Assembly: GCF_006345805.1 (NCBI RefSeq) | Contig: NC_043002.1 | Span: forward strand, 18,414,001 to 18,478,000 | Length of the DNA stretch: 64,000 bases | Direction: 5' to 3' | Origin: Octopus sinensis | Lineage: Eukaryota | Shown: positions 63,866-64,000 of the stretch, one piece after another | Layout of the letters: each line of letters opens with the position of its first letter | Position numbering within the stretch: position 1 is the stretch's first letter | Made by a program: the position numbers and the translations under genes | Notes under the pieces: generated by a model | Database searches by the model: none | The model's input: only the letters and a program-made list of their open reading frames with translations | What the model was told of the DNA's origin: nothing

Positions 63866-64000
63866 TCGGTTGATTTGTATTTAAGACACAATGCCAGTCA
63901 TTTGGAGCGAGTGGTACAATCGCTTAAATTGATTCGGGATATATTTTACTCGTGCCTATTATATAGATTCCAACCCGATGAAAGGCAAAGTCTACTGCAG

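Overview
AT-rich, microsatellite-saturated animal genomic DNA with one 100-N assembly gap (8833-8932). The repeat landscape (several tRNA-headed SINE families, Penelope-like, R4/Dong, RTE, CR1, mariner) points to an octopus/coleoid cephalopod; this is an inference from repeat style, not a database match. The only host gene I can support is the 3' end of a divergent TRPC-like cation channel on the minus strand. Four exons splice in frame through GT-AG junctions: pore/S6 63274-63511, TRP-box 60629-60829 (missed by the ORF track), coiled-coil 54517-54586 and terminal 51066-51454. The remainder is transposon-derived or simple repeat, and most ORF-track entries are microsatellite or SINE artefacts. 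Highlights: (1) several unrelated type I hammerhead-ribozyme motifs in (TA)n-embedded direct- or inverted-repeat mini-elements, the best at 16903-16941 inside a 370-bp repeat unit (Penelope pLTR/retrozyme-like); (2) SINE dimers inserted as single TSD-flanked units whose halves share private variants; (3) R4/Dong relics ending at (TAA)n, three of them tail-to-tail with SINE (ATT)n tails; (4) an inverted SINE duplication bracketing a hAT transposase relic; (5) inverted repeat pairs in the TRPC introns, including a ~1.1-kb MITE palindrome carrying TTAGGG repeats. SINE family labels A-D are my own working names.
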